Shown here: positions 52,601 to 64,000 of the stretch, piece by piece | Position numbering within the stretch: position 1 is the stretch's first letter | Layout of the letters: each line of letters opens with the position of its first letter | Source: the human T2T-CHM13v2.0 reference genome, Homo sapiens | Reading direction: 5' to 3' (one strand) | Assembly (NCBI RefSeq): GCF_009914755.1 | Contig: NC_060933.1 | Length of the DNA stretch: 64,000 nucleotides | Position numbers and translations under genes: made by a program | Notes under the pieces: generated by a model | What the model saw: only the letters and a program-made list of their open reading frames with translations | The model's database searches: none | What the model was told of the DNA's origin: nothing

Positions 52601-53548
52601 TGCATCAGTATAGCTGCTTCCTGTTCCAGTGTGGTTCCTGGCTGTTCATTTTCAACTGAAAGCAAATGTTGAGTGAAAGTTTTTGGTTTTGCAGAAACTT
52701 CCATACGAGAGGCCTTTCTTTTTCTTCTCCTGGTGAATATTTTTTGGAAATAAGAGAATGCCCCCATTACAATGTAACCTTTGCTGTAGCAGAAAGGACA
52801 AAGAATGCAAGATCCATTTTACTCTGGAGGCTGTTAAAATATTTACAGAGGATGAGAGATACCTACTGGCCAAGATGACAAAGACATACTCCAAGTCTAT
52901 GGAGAGCAAGCTTTTCTGTTCTATAGCAGTATGCTGTCTCCTTGCAGGTGATTTTTCTCCAGAGGTAAAAGGGGCTCTTTCTCAGAAAGAACTGACTCTA
53001 TTGTTGGAAAAAGACTGTTTCCATGGCTTTTGTATTGTAGAAGGGGAAAACACTTCCAGCTTCAGGCAGGACATGTCTTTTGGGCAAAGAATAGCTATGT
53101 GGGGAAAGGGTGAGAATATGTCCCTTGCCTCCATCCTGTAGAGCCTCCCTGGACCTTCTGAAACATCCCTCCCTCTCTGTATTGTCCTAAACTAGGAATC
53201 AGCAGAGCCTGCCAATCTGGGTGTAGAATTGCAAGGGAAATGAAGAAAAAATCTCCTGTTTGAAGGTACATTAGTTCTTTCTTAATAGTGAGTCGCTAAT
53301 TTTACAAATTTATTCCTTAGATCATGTCACTTAACTTTATAATTAGGAGAATATTCTCTGTTATTTTGAATAACGACTCAACTTGCATTCTTTCTACTTT
53401 TAGTAGTAAGAGAGAGCAGAGACATTTGCAAAGGGATCAGAGGATACAATTCTTGCAAATGTCAGCCAGCAGAGGTATCTATTTGGGTAGAAATTGGGAA
53501 GTTTAATGTAATCTGCAAAATAATGTAATTCGAGAAGTTAATCAGGAA

Positions 53549-53587
53549 GTGTGTGTGTGTGTGTGTGTGTGTGTGTCTGTGTGTGTG
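53549..53587. repeat. (GT)n microsatellite
   Basis: (GT)14 CT (GT)4; shorter paralogous tracts at 15311-15328, 37257-37265 and (CA) near 5299-5307. Confidence 0.95.
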
Positions 53588-54177
53588 AATTGCTGAAGTA
53601 GTAGGAAAGGGCCTCAATTTAGAAGGAATTTCACAAATCTTTGCTCAGTTATACACTCAACCTTTAGATTGCTCTTTGTAAGTGGGAGAGGAGAGGGATT
53701 GGAGAACTCAGTTATATTTAGCCACATATTTTTCACTTTCCTGTCTTTTTTTCTCCCCAGTTTAAGAGCATAGAAAAACATTAAAAATTTTGAATTTACC
53801 TGGTCCTCTCTCTCTCTCCCTGTCTTAGTGATTGCTTTACACTTTTCAGATATTACTATCTCTTCTATTCTTTTATTGATTTTTATGCTGCGGATTTCTT
53901 TAGTGTGGTTTTACTTTTTATTGTTTCTAATGTTATGTTCAGTCAGCAGAAATTATATTATATGGCTCTGCATTTTCATCTTACCCTGAAAAATCTCTGT
54001 AATCATATCCTGATCATATCCAGAGTTAATTTTTTGTGAATCCTAAAGTAATGGAGAACTGAAGCGAGGGGGTGGCAGAGTTGGCAGTGAGGGCTCTATC
54101 ACAGGCTGCCCTGCACAGGTGCCTGGGAAGCACCCCTCAAGAGGGACACATGGAGCCTTGATTCTTTCCCTGGATCC

Positions 54178-54796
54178 CTGGAGGAGTAACAAATATCGTG
54201 GTGCAGCACTGGAGACACTGAGGCTTTGTCAGGTCAGGGAGTGAGAGTGTGAATGTGGCCATGCCTGAACTCTCCCTGCCTGCCAAGCTCAGGACTGCAG
54301 ACGTCAAGGATGTCCCACTGGGCACAGAAACACTGAATAGAGGGGGTCCTGCCCACAGACTATACCCAATGAGCTGGTAAAGAATCCAGGAGCAAATCTG
54401 TCCCTGTTTAGGCACTCTTATGTTTTAATTCTCCTAGGAGGAGACTGCACAAGGCTCAGGACTCTCATTTGTTCAAAAAAGCAGAGCCCACGTGCAATAT
54501 GAAGAAGTTGAAAGAACCAGCCACAGCTTGAGAACATGGAAGGAGAACAGAGACTGGAACAGCAACAGGTCCTCAGGAGATGGAACACTTCCAATGAGAG
54601 CATGAAGTCAACTGTTCAGATTATTCTAATTAGAGGGAGAGAAGATTGAAGTGGATGCTGAGAGCAGAGTTCTCCTATGGAGATGTGGCCAACATCAGCG
54701 TCCCAGGGTGGATGACACTGATGCCACAGGAGCCTGTAGTTTACTGGAAAGGATGAGGTATTTGACTACCTGCTGCCTCTTGTGGTTTCTTCCTTG
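54178..54796 (+). pseudogene. Degraded MXI1 processed pseudogene, copy 3
   Basis: RE*ECECGHA, NELVKNPGANLSL, VLILLGGDCTRLRTL, QLENMEGEQRLEQ, GPQEME, EKIEVDAES, EFSYGDVANIS; 3'UTR-like continuation paralogous to 39520 onward. Confidence 0.85.
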
Positions 54797-55444
54797 GAGC
54801 CAACAAGTCATTCCACTGCAGGGAAAATTTTTCATGGGGCCAATGCAATCAAAGGAAACTGTTAAATTTAGGTCTTGATACAGCTTCCCTTGAAAACAAA
54901 ACAAATGAAATAATATTTGAGCAGAAGATATACAGGTAGGTATTTGAATACATTTAGCAACAATTGGAGCAGAGCTTTCCCAGCAAGACAGATACTAGTA
55001 ATGTGGGTATTTGGTGATCACAACTGCTAATAGCAGCAAAGACCTTTATTAAAATTTATTTAACTCAATTGAAAATAGATCATTGGTGGCTCAATTCTTT
55101 TTTTTTTCCCAGTGGGTGCCTTCTACACTTGGTTGGCACATTTAAAGTGCCTACTTTCCACTTCCTGAGGATTAGGTTCCAAAGAACATGTTTGGTAAAA
55201 TAATAATGCTTTTATCATTTTATCAATTAGTGCTGATTTTAATGATATGTTTATTTCAATACTACAATTTTATTTTATGATTTTTAATAAGATGAGTTTA
55301 TAAATTAAATAAAAACCACCATATTAGGTAGGTGGGCTGAGTTTGGCATTAACGCCAAACTCATTGGTAAGCTGCCCTTTAAAAGCATTCACTGCCTCAG
55401 TGCAGGAAATGGAAAATATTTTTCCATCTTGGTCATACAAAACA

Positions 55445-56025
55445 TCTGGTGGCATGATGCCTCCAGCTGTTCTTTTTGCTCAGGATCATTTTTTCTATTC
55501 GAAGTCTTTTATGGTTCCATACAAATTTTAGTATATTGTTTACAATTTCTATGAAGAATCATTGGTACTTTCATAGGGATTGCATTGAATCTGTAGATTG
55601 CTTTGGGTAATATAGACATTTAATGATACTAATTCTTTCAATCCATGAGCATGGGATATCTTTCCATTTGTTTGTATTTTTCTCAATTTCTTTCATTAGT
55701 GTTTTATAGTTTTCCTTGTAGAGCTCTTTAATCTTGTTGGTTAAATGTACTCCTAGGTATTTTATTGTATTTGCAGCTGTTGTCAATGGGATTGCCTTCT
55801 GGATTTCTTTTTTAGCTAGTTCATTGCTTGTATATAGAAATGTGATGGATTTTGTATGTTAATTTTGTATCTTGCAATTTTTCTGCATTAGTTTATCAGT
55901 TCTAAGAGTTTTTTGGTAGAGCCTCTCCAAAGAGCCTCTCTTTGGTAGGTTTTTCTACATATAAGAACATATTGTCTGCAGACAGAGACAATTTGACTTC
56001 CTCCTTTCCAGTTTGGATGCCCTGT
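55445..56025 (-). mobile_element. L1 ORF2 fragment
   Basis: ORF-track IKYLGVHLTNKIKELYKENYKTLMKEIE...WKDIPCSWIERI; interrupts cassette copy B. Confidence 0.85.
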
Positions 56026-56489
56026 GCTTGAGTCCCTGGCCTGAGAAACAACCCCATGGGCCACCCCGGCAGACATATCCCCAGGATGGCTGAGCAGCTG
56101 TGTGACCATATCCCAGGCCTGAATTAATATTTGTAAAGATCTTAGAATAGTGTATCATTCATTGCAAGCATGCGATCTTGTTTTTTTTTAAATTTTTTTA
56201 ATCTACTTTTTTTAAAAAATATCACAATTACTACTAGCCAGGTTAAGAGCAGAATCTTCTGGGATAATCTAATTCCCTCTCTTTTAACTGTAGGTTTATG
56301 GAAGAAATTTTTTTATTGCCTTTCCTTGCCTGAGTAGATTTATTAACTTGGTAGAGTGTTCAGGCAAGGTAATATCCATTACCTTGCCAGAGAGGATTGG
56401 TGTTATAACAACTGGGGTCTGATTGCCTGTCTCTTGGGAGGCAGTTGGTGTGACTCCTCCCTTTTCTCCTCAGAGCTGATGACATGTAT

Positions 56490-56760
56490 GCATACAGTTA
56501 GATAGAAAAAATAAGTTTTAATGTTAGATACCATGGTAGGGTGACTATAGTTAAAAACAATGTATCATATATTTAAAAAATAGCTAGAAGAGAGGAGTTG
56601 AAATGTTCCCAACATGAAGAAAGAATATAAATACTAAAAGTGATAGGTATCCTAAATACTCTGGCTTGATCATTACATATCCTATGCATGTATTAAAATA
56701 GCACATTACCGCATAAATATGTACAAATATTATGTATTAGAAAAATAAAAAATACATATT
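56490..56760 (+). mobile_element. L1MA 3' end
   Basis: tacagttagatag...ggtagggtgactatagttaa...tagctagaagagagga...aaatatgtacaaatattatgtat + A-rich tail. Confidence 0.8.
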
Positions 56761-58044
56761 ATAATAAAATGCAAGGGAATAAGTAATGTGGACTCAATGA
56801 AAGAAACGTCATGTAGCTGGTTTTGCAAAACTGAGGGCAGTTCATTGACCCAGGAGTTGCTCTTCTTGGAGCCTCTAGCAGAAGCTGCCATTTCCCTGCC
56901 TTTGTATACCTCAACATTGGCCTTCATTCTTCTTCTTTGCCAGAGCACCTACTCCTCAATTTGGTTGCATTGAATTTTGCTAGCTTACGCTTTGCAATTT
57001 TGTCACTAGAAAGTCACTTCCCTCTTTCACTTTCATGACATTTGTACTTACGTTTGTTTTCTGTTTGCTCACAAATAATGTCATGTTTTGCTTTTTAGGA
57101 AAGTTCAAATGAGAAACTAAAAATCTGAAATCTTGAAAAGTACAGAGGAAAACTATGTGGCTTATTTGCCTTTTACTTCTTTTTATTTGTGTTACTTCAT
57201 CATGAATTAGAATGTAATACAGAAAGAGTAAGACAAACTTTGCCCAGTAAGTAAATCATGTGAACAGAAATTATACAAAAATTTAAAATGGAAAACCACA
57301 AATGAGTAAAGGAAAGAAGGCTATTTCTCCCTGACATAATAGCCTGGGCCTAACTGCCTTGCATTACCAGGGTGAGACAGAGTAACAAAGAACCCTAAGA
57401 GAATCATGCTGAGTGGATGAACAACTGAAAGTCACTAGTTTCTGTCATATTAGTTTCTATGAGAGACAAAATCATCATTGAATCCCCTGTGCCTAGCTCT
57501 GAAAGGTCAAATATAACAAGTATTCAATAGTTTTAAGTATTGGATAATAAAAATAAGACTGGAGCAATAAAAGCTATACTTGGCAAAATACAAATTGTTT
57601 GCTTACTTGAGTAAAAATTATTGCAATTGAATAATTCTTCCACCTACTTAGACAAAACAAATTTTGCTATCAGTATCTGAGCACTGTGGACACATTTGAT
57701 ACCTGGGGATATGGGGTCAGGACAGGAGGAGGTAACCACTGAGAAGCAGAGTCCTTCACACAAACACTCTAGGGGAAAGGGCAAGGGTCTTAGAGGACTA
57801 ATTATTTTGGCTCAAGGAAATAGTCCCCTCCTTAGTGAAAGAGTTCAAAAGTTGTCAGCCTGCCTCAGGGAATGAGCTGGGGAGAGCTTGAGTTGAGGAC
57901 ATTGTCACTCTAGAGGAAAGGGTGTTACTGGATGTGATAAAAACTTTGTGAGTGAAGTGATGGTGGGAAAATACAATTATCTTAGAATTTGAATCGCCGT
58001 ATCCCCATGCACCTGGAAAAGACCAGGATTCTTGCTAGGGATAT

Positions 58045-58555
58045 TGTTGGGAACAAGCCCCCCCAAATCTGGCCATAAACTGGCCCCAAAACTGGCCATA
58101 AACAAAATCTCTGCAGCACTGTGACATGTTCATGATGGCCATAACGCCCATGCTGGAAGGTTGTGGGTTTACCAGAATGAGGGCAAGGAACACCTGGCGC
58201 ACCCAGGGCAGAAAACTGCTTAAAGGGATTCTTAAGCCACAAACAATAACATGAGTGATCTGTGCCTTAAGGACATGCTCCTGCTGCAGTTAACTAGCCC
58301 AACCTTTTCCTTTAATTCGGCCTATCCCTTCATTTCCCATAAGGGATACTTTTAGTTAATTTAATATCTATAGAAACAATGCTAATGACTGGCTTGCTGT
58401 AAAAATATGTGGATAAATCTCTGTTCCAGGCTCTCAGCTCTGAAGGCTGTGAGACCCCTGATTTCCCACTTCACACCTCTGTATTTCTGTGTGTGTGTCT
58501 TTAATTCCTCTAGCGCCCCTGGGTTAGGGTCGCCCTGACCGGGCTGGTCTTGGCA
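58045..58555 (+). mobile_element. MER9 (HERV-K9/HML-3) solo LTR
   Basis: tgttgggaacaagccccccc aaatctggccataaactggccccaaaactggcc...ggtcttggca; perfect 6-bp TSD ggatat; empty site near 43660. Confidence 0.92.
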
Positions 58556-58809
58556 GGATATTATCACAGACTGAGGAGCACTCAGTAAGAACATTATGGG
58601 AAGAAAGGGCTATGTCTATAGTAATCCTGACCTGGTGGCCCCAGTGAGGCGTAATCATATGGACCCGCATGAATGTATTTTAGAAGAAAGAGAAACATGA
58701 TCACAGCTTCTACTGTGAATAAAAGAGTTAACAAAACCCAATTATTTGTTCTAAAGAGCTTATTGTCGCAGATGGTCTGGTAAATTGCCAACCAAATACA
58801 GAAACCTAT

Positions 58810-58823
58810 CCGGTAGAGGGCGC
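58810..58823 (+). promoter_or_regulatory. CTCF-like motif
   Basis: CCGGTAGAGGGCGC matches the CTCF core at all positions by eye. Confidence 0.6.
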
Positions 58824-59039
58824 CTGATTTCCTATGTAAAGCATGGAGAGTAAAATGTAGCTTAGAATCAGGGCAAAAATTTTGCTCCTGACATAGAAGA
58901 GAATATTTATATATGAAAAAAATGTATGTGGGCATTTTTGTGTATGAGTATTCACATTTCTACATACACTTCAGTTTTTTAGGAAAAAAGATATTTCTAA
59001 TTTAATTAATGAAAATCTGATATCTGATCAAATCCTCAT

Positions 59040-59721
59040 CCCACGCACTCAATATATAATTACCCTGGCTTGCCTTTAGAAAGAATTATGTTCAGGTTAG
59101 CAAGGATCCCCCTACCTTTGATGTCTCCTTTTAGTGATTTTCTATCCACTGACCCCCTCATTCTGCTTGTTGGGTATAAACCCCAGGCTGTCTTTGCTGA
59201 TTTATGAGCTGAGCACCAATGGGTCTCTCTCCCGTATTGATATGGTTTGGGTCAGCATCCCCGCCAAAATCTCACATGGAATTGTAATCTCCAGTGTTGG
59301 AGGCGGGGCCTGGTGGGAGGTGATTGGATCATAGGGCGGTTCCTCACGGTTTAACACCATCCCCCTGGTGGTGTCATGGCAAGAGTGAGTTATTCCAAGA
59401 TCTGGTTGTTTAAAATTGTGCAGCACCTCCCCTGCTTCTCTCCTCCTGCTCCGGTCATGAAGGACATGCCTGCTTCCCCTTAGCCTTCTGTCATGATTGT
59501 AAGTGTCCTGAGGCCTCCCCAGCCATGCTTCCTGTAGAGTCTGCAGAATCGTGAGCCAATTAAACCTCTTTTCTTTCTAAATTACCCAGCCTCAGGTTTT
59601 TCTGTATAGTAATGCAAGAACTAATGCACCTATCATGATAGTTTTGACACCTGTTGCAATACTTTTAAATAAAGCCTTCCTTACTGTTATACCAAGTGTC
59701 AGAATAAATTTTTCTTTACCA
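59040..59721 (+). mobile_element. 5'-truncated ERV1 LTR (MER31-like) interrupted by an MST LTR
   Basis: TATA-like gtataaacc, aataaagccttccttactg and end tttttctttacca; family tentative. Confidence 0.5.
59238..59628 (+). mobile_element. MST (MaLR) solo LTR
   Basis: tgatatggtttgg...gttggaggcggggcctggtgggaggtgattggatcat...ctaatgca; TSD cgtat/cctat. Confidence 0.88.
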
Positions 59722-59725
59722 GATC

Positions 59726-62039
59726 CTTAAATTAAGGCAGTACAATCAACACTGCAGCATACTCTGGTGACCTACAACATAAAAGGCATGAACCAGCTGG
59801 CAAGTCAGGTGACTCAGGGTCTTTTGTCATCTCAGTCCTCATCCTCTAATGCCATGGACTCTCCTCATTTCTCCAGAAGTGTTTCCATTTCCACACCTTT
59901 AATAATTCCTTTACTTTAGTTAACCTTTCCAGGTGTGCTCTCCCTGAGCTCTGAGCCTTAGTTCATTGGTTTAGCTCTGATTTAGTTCATGTCTGTAGCC
60001 TGACAATGACTTGTTCTTTCTTAAATTTGTGCTACACAGGTGGAAATCTAAAGTATGGTGCATATTTGATTAAAAGAATAGTACTATGTAGAATTTTAAA
60101 TGGATAGAAATATATAGGGTTTATGAATACATTTACTGGGGCGAACAACATGTTTTACAAATACACTCATGTTTATGATAGTGTATCCTCAAGAAGACAA
60201 AACTAGAATATAACGTATATACTCCTTTACAAGGAGCATAAGTAAAGCGGGGCCCAATTTCATTGTAATGTTGCCATGAGCAAATGGGGCATTACAGTGA
60301 AGGAGACAAATGGAAACTGAAGAGAAAGACTCTGTCATTACATAGGCAGGACTCTACTAGGAAAGGATTGACTGGTCTATAAATCAGCTCTGGTTCTTAT
60401 GGCCCGAAATATTCCCAGAGAGCATGTAAGAGCTAAGACTTCAGAGTTGAATTTTCTGCATCCAAACTGTAGCTCCAAAACTTAATAGCTTCCTGTGCTT
60501 TCATTGTTTCTTTTGTAAATGGGGACAATAGTAAAATCTGTCACTGTGTGCCTTGGTCAGTGATATCTCCAGTGAATAAATGGGGTTAGGGACATGGTAG
60601 ATGTTCAGTAAATACGAAAAACAAAAGTATTCTTTATTGGCTAAGTGAGCATCGATTATGCAAGTGCTAAAAACAGTGTCTGACTGAAAATAAAGACTGT
60701 CTAGAGTTTAGATATCTCATTCCTCTTATTAACATTATCTTTATTATATAACTCTATTAAGTTGGGGAAGTGTCCTTTGAAATTATCAAGTCTCTTGTTT
60801 CTTATTAGAAATATAACAAGAAAAAAATTGATCTTTGGAGTGTACTTATCCACTAGTGGAGAGCTTGGTGCAATGAACACTTAACTATTTTCCAGAGAGA
60901 ATATTGCACTCTCTAAAGTTTGCCTTTCTTGTGTATAAATGCTTGCAGTTGGTGTGTTTGCAAGATGGGCTTCAGTAAATCTGAAAACACCCTGTGGACC
61001 AGGAGTAATTACTTTTCTTCCAGCCCATACTTATTTGCTACCTTTGACCTATATCCCTTCTACCATTTTGCTTCTGTTCTTTCCCACCCCTTAACCTCCA
61101 TCATGGCTGGGCTGAATGCAGCTAAGGTACATTTTGTCATTGTTTTTTCTTAGTGGGATATTACTTCCATTTACATTTTAATCACATTTAGATATATTTT
61201 TGTTTTATTTTTGTCCCCATTCATTAGGGTGCAAAAAGTGACAATTTTTGCTTTTTATGAAAAGAGAAAGAAAGATATCATGTCTGGCATGCTATGGAAA
61301 ACAACTGTACAAGTCATTTATGTTATAACATTTACATCTCATTATGAACATTTAGGACAAAGATGGTTTCCTTTAGTTGGATCAGAATCAACAAAGAACC
61401 TCTGAAGTTTCTTTGGAAATTTGAATTTTCATGCAAAAAAGTGTTTTTAATCAAATTGAGGATATTTTTTCAATTGTGTATTCTCATTGAGTATGATGCT
61501 ACTCCCAAGGGTGTAAAAGTGTAGTTCTTGAGAGTGGGAACAAATCTTACAGATTTAAATGATTTGTGGCCCTTCAAAGTTCAACCCTATCTAACAAAGT
61601 CTTATTCCTTAGTTTTTTGTTTTCTCCCCATTGGGTTTTCTTGTGTATCACATGAGAAGCATTGACATTAAGTTCATGGAAGATACACAAAATGTATATA
61701 AGTTCAGTGTTACAAACCTATGGAAAATGAGTGGCTGTGATTGCAGTACTTTCCAAGGCTTACTAGATCTCACAGTCATATCAAGAGATGTGTCCTCTGC
61801 ATACATATGTTTTGTCACTGGCCATCTTATAGTTGTTGCTTATTTTTGATCCTTAGCATTTCTAACTGTGTTGTGGGCTTTGAGGATAATTTATATTTTA
61901 TTAATTCTACAAAAATTGTTCAGCACATCAATAATTAGGTCAAGCATCGAAGAAAAAAGTCTTGACAATATTTAGGTGACTAGCAGCTAGTGAAGTTAAA
62001 AAATTTCACACATGCAACAAAATTAAAAGTTAAGTACAA
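59726..62039 (+). repeat. Second copy of the IFNA upstream block
   Basis: Direct paralogue of 29821-32680 without the MLT2A insertion. Confidence 0.9.
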
Positions 62040-63029
62040 CCCTGCCACAGAGGCCGGGAGAGGCGACTGGCCCTTTGTTGGTCTGTGAGAAATCAAACTT
62101 CCAACATGACAAGCAGGAAGCCTACGGTTAAGGGAGTCAGCGTGTCACAAATACAAGCACCTGGGGTCTTCCAAGAGCATCATACCTCCTCCAGCCCCTG
62201 GAGCCACCTGCTTTCCTAACTGGCTGTGGGAAATGGCCTGAGGTCCCAGATGCTGCCACTGTGCTGCTGCCTTCCACTCTCTCCAAGCAGAGCGCAAGTT
62301 CAGCCACCTTTGAAAGACACCCACCCCCTGGCCTGGGGATGCACAAGTTCAGAGCTTTGCAGGGAGTAACCATGGGTTATGGCTTCATGAAAATGTCCTA
62401 CTCACCAGTGCCTTTTTCGCAGATGTGGATGTGGAGGCATGAGGGAGGGTAATTATTGGATTACCAAGGTGCTGCTAAGAGCAGAGGAGGAAACCCCTAT
62501 TCCCAGTCATATGTCTGGTGTGACATTTCACTAACCCATTTAAGTGCACAGGCCTCCAAATATCTACCTAATGAGTATGATGGTTTGGGCATTTTACACT
62601 TAAAATCACTGGCCTCATGTCAACTGAAGCCTGACTGGCCAGTGTCTCAAAGTCACAGATGATGACCTGATCCCTCAGGAACAGATGGTGTTTCAGCTTT
62701 GTGGGAGTGACTGTCAAGGTATGGAGCACTTAGGTGGTCTTTGAAACCTGTCAGGTTTCACATCTCTGCTTTGAGTGAAAAGCTCATCACCCACAGTAGT
62801 GAGGAATGTGCCTATACTTGCTGGGGCTGATCTGTTGAAACTTTATGTGTAGACAATGGAAACATCCAGGAGCATTTCTGCTTTCATGTAGCCTCTTAAT
62901 AATTGATGTCCCTGAAGTCCTGTGTCCTCAGGGACAGTTCCTCTGATTCCTGGATTGTACCAGCTTTCATGATGTTAAATCTAATCTGTAAAACTCTGAG
63001 CATTAATCTCCATGAAAATAAGACCTTGT

Positions 63030-63660
63030 TCTTTCTCATTTAAATGCCCCTTTTTTTTCTTGTCTAATATTCTGAGTAGGATTTCCAGTACTGTGTTGAA
63101 AGAAGTAGTGAGAGTGGGCATCCTTATCTTATAATAAATCTCAGAAAAAAGATTCCAACATTTCACCACTGACTATAGTGTTAGCTAATGGCTTATCTTA
63201 TAGCTAATAAGGAATGTGTCTCTTTATTCTGAGGTATATTCTTTATATACCTAATTTGTTATAAATTGTATTAGAGATGGATTTTAAATTTTGTCAAAAT
63301 AATTTTAGGCATGCATAAAAATAGTTATGATTTTTAATCTTTTGTGTAAATAAGGAGTATGGCATTTATTGATTCCAACATATTAAAATATTCTTGCATC
63401 CCAGGAATAAATCAAGCTTGATCATAATAAATGATCCTTTTATAGTGCTTTTGAATTTCATTTGCAACTACTTTGTGGATGATTTTGCATCTGTGTTCAT
63501 CAGGAATATTGGCTGTAATTTTTTTTTTTCTTGTAATGTCCATCTCTGGCTTAGGTATCAAGGTAATGCTGGCTTCATAAAATGAGTTTGGGAGTATTCC
63601 TCCTTAATTTTTTCAAAGATTTGGTTCTGTTTAAATGTTTGGTGAAATTCAGGAGTAATC
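63030..63660 (-). mobile_element. L1 ORF2 fragment
   Basis: ttccagtactgtgttgaaagaagtagtgagagtgggcatcctt, gattttgcatctgtgttcatcagg, gctggcttcataaaatgagtttgggag. Confidence 0.8.
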
Positions 63661-63835
63661 AGATCTAAAAAAACGTAAGAACACTAAAAATAAATGATAA
63701 AAATATTTTAAAGTTTTAAGTGTTTATCACTTTCAAATAATTTTTAAGTATTCATTACTTAGAAAATGTTTATCTATAAACATTAGAAAATGTTTATAAT
63801 TTGTTAATTTGCTTATGTAATTTGATACACTACAA

Positions 63836-64000
63836 TTTATTTGTTTGTTTGTTTTTTGAAACAGAGTCTCACTCTGACACCCAGGCTGGAGTGCAGTGGC
63901 ACAATCTCGGCTCACTGCAACCTCCACCTCATGAGTTCAAGGAATTCCCTGCCTCGGCCTCCTGAGTAGCTGGGATTACAGGTGCACACAACCATGCCTA
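63836..64000 (-). mobile_element. Alu (runs off the window end)
   Basis: (TTTG)n tail then reverse right arm. Confidence 0.93.

Noticed and set aside
52685-52760. Minus-strand SYFQKIF...MEV stretch resembling the IFN YFQRI...AWEV region
   Set aside because: Motif spacing does not fit an IFN fold, there is no VRE upstream, and the paralogous block near 6100-6170 lacks the similarity; most likely chance.

Overview
Mammalian, AT-rich, repeat-dense DNA that I recognise as part of the human type I interferon cluster (9p21.3). Gene names come from protein recognition and recalled gene order, not from a database search. There are two intact intronless genes in divergent orientation: IFNA2 (8940-9506, minus; Arg23/His34 = alpha-2b type) and IFNA8 (33351-33920, plus). 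Three IFN pseudogenes are present: one at about 22790-23316 (minus; IFNA11P, looks alpha-omega-like), one at 27258-27825 (plus; IFNA12P, clearly IFN-delta-like, directly behind a CpG island) and an omega pseudogene at 44404-44987 (plus; IFNWP2). The main hidden structure is three ancient, degraded processed copies of MXI1 (Mad-family bHLH-Zip MYC antagonist) at about 16.45, 38.8 and 54.2 kb. They share derived substitutions and sit in a repeated cassette (IFNA 3' flank - GT module - MXI1 retrocopy - IFNW upstream - IFNW) that was duplicated, inverted and partly deleted; one copy has an empty IFNW slot. A second copy of the IFNA8 upstream region at 59.7-64 kb predicts another plus-strand IFNA gene just beyond the window. 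The rest is L1, Alu, LTR (THE1, MST, MLT2A, MER9, MER4-group) and DNA-transposon (Tigger2a, hAT) relics, two CpG-rich islands, two good CTCF-like motifs and a nested fold-back repeat upstream of IFNA2. Repeat subfamily names and repeat/duplication boundaries are approximate, by-eye calls.
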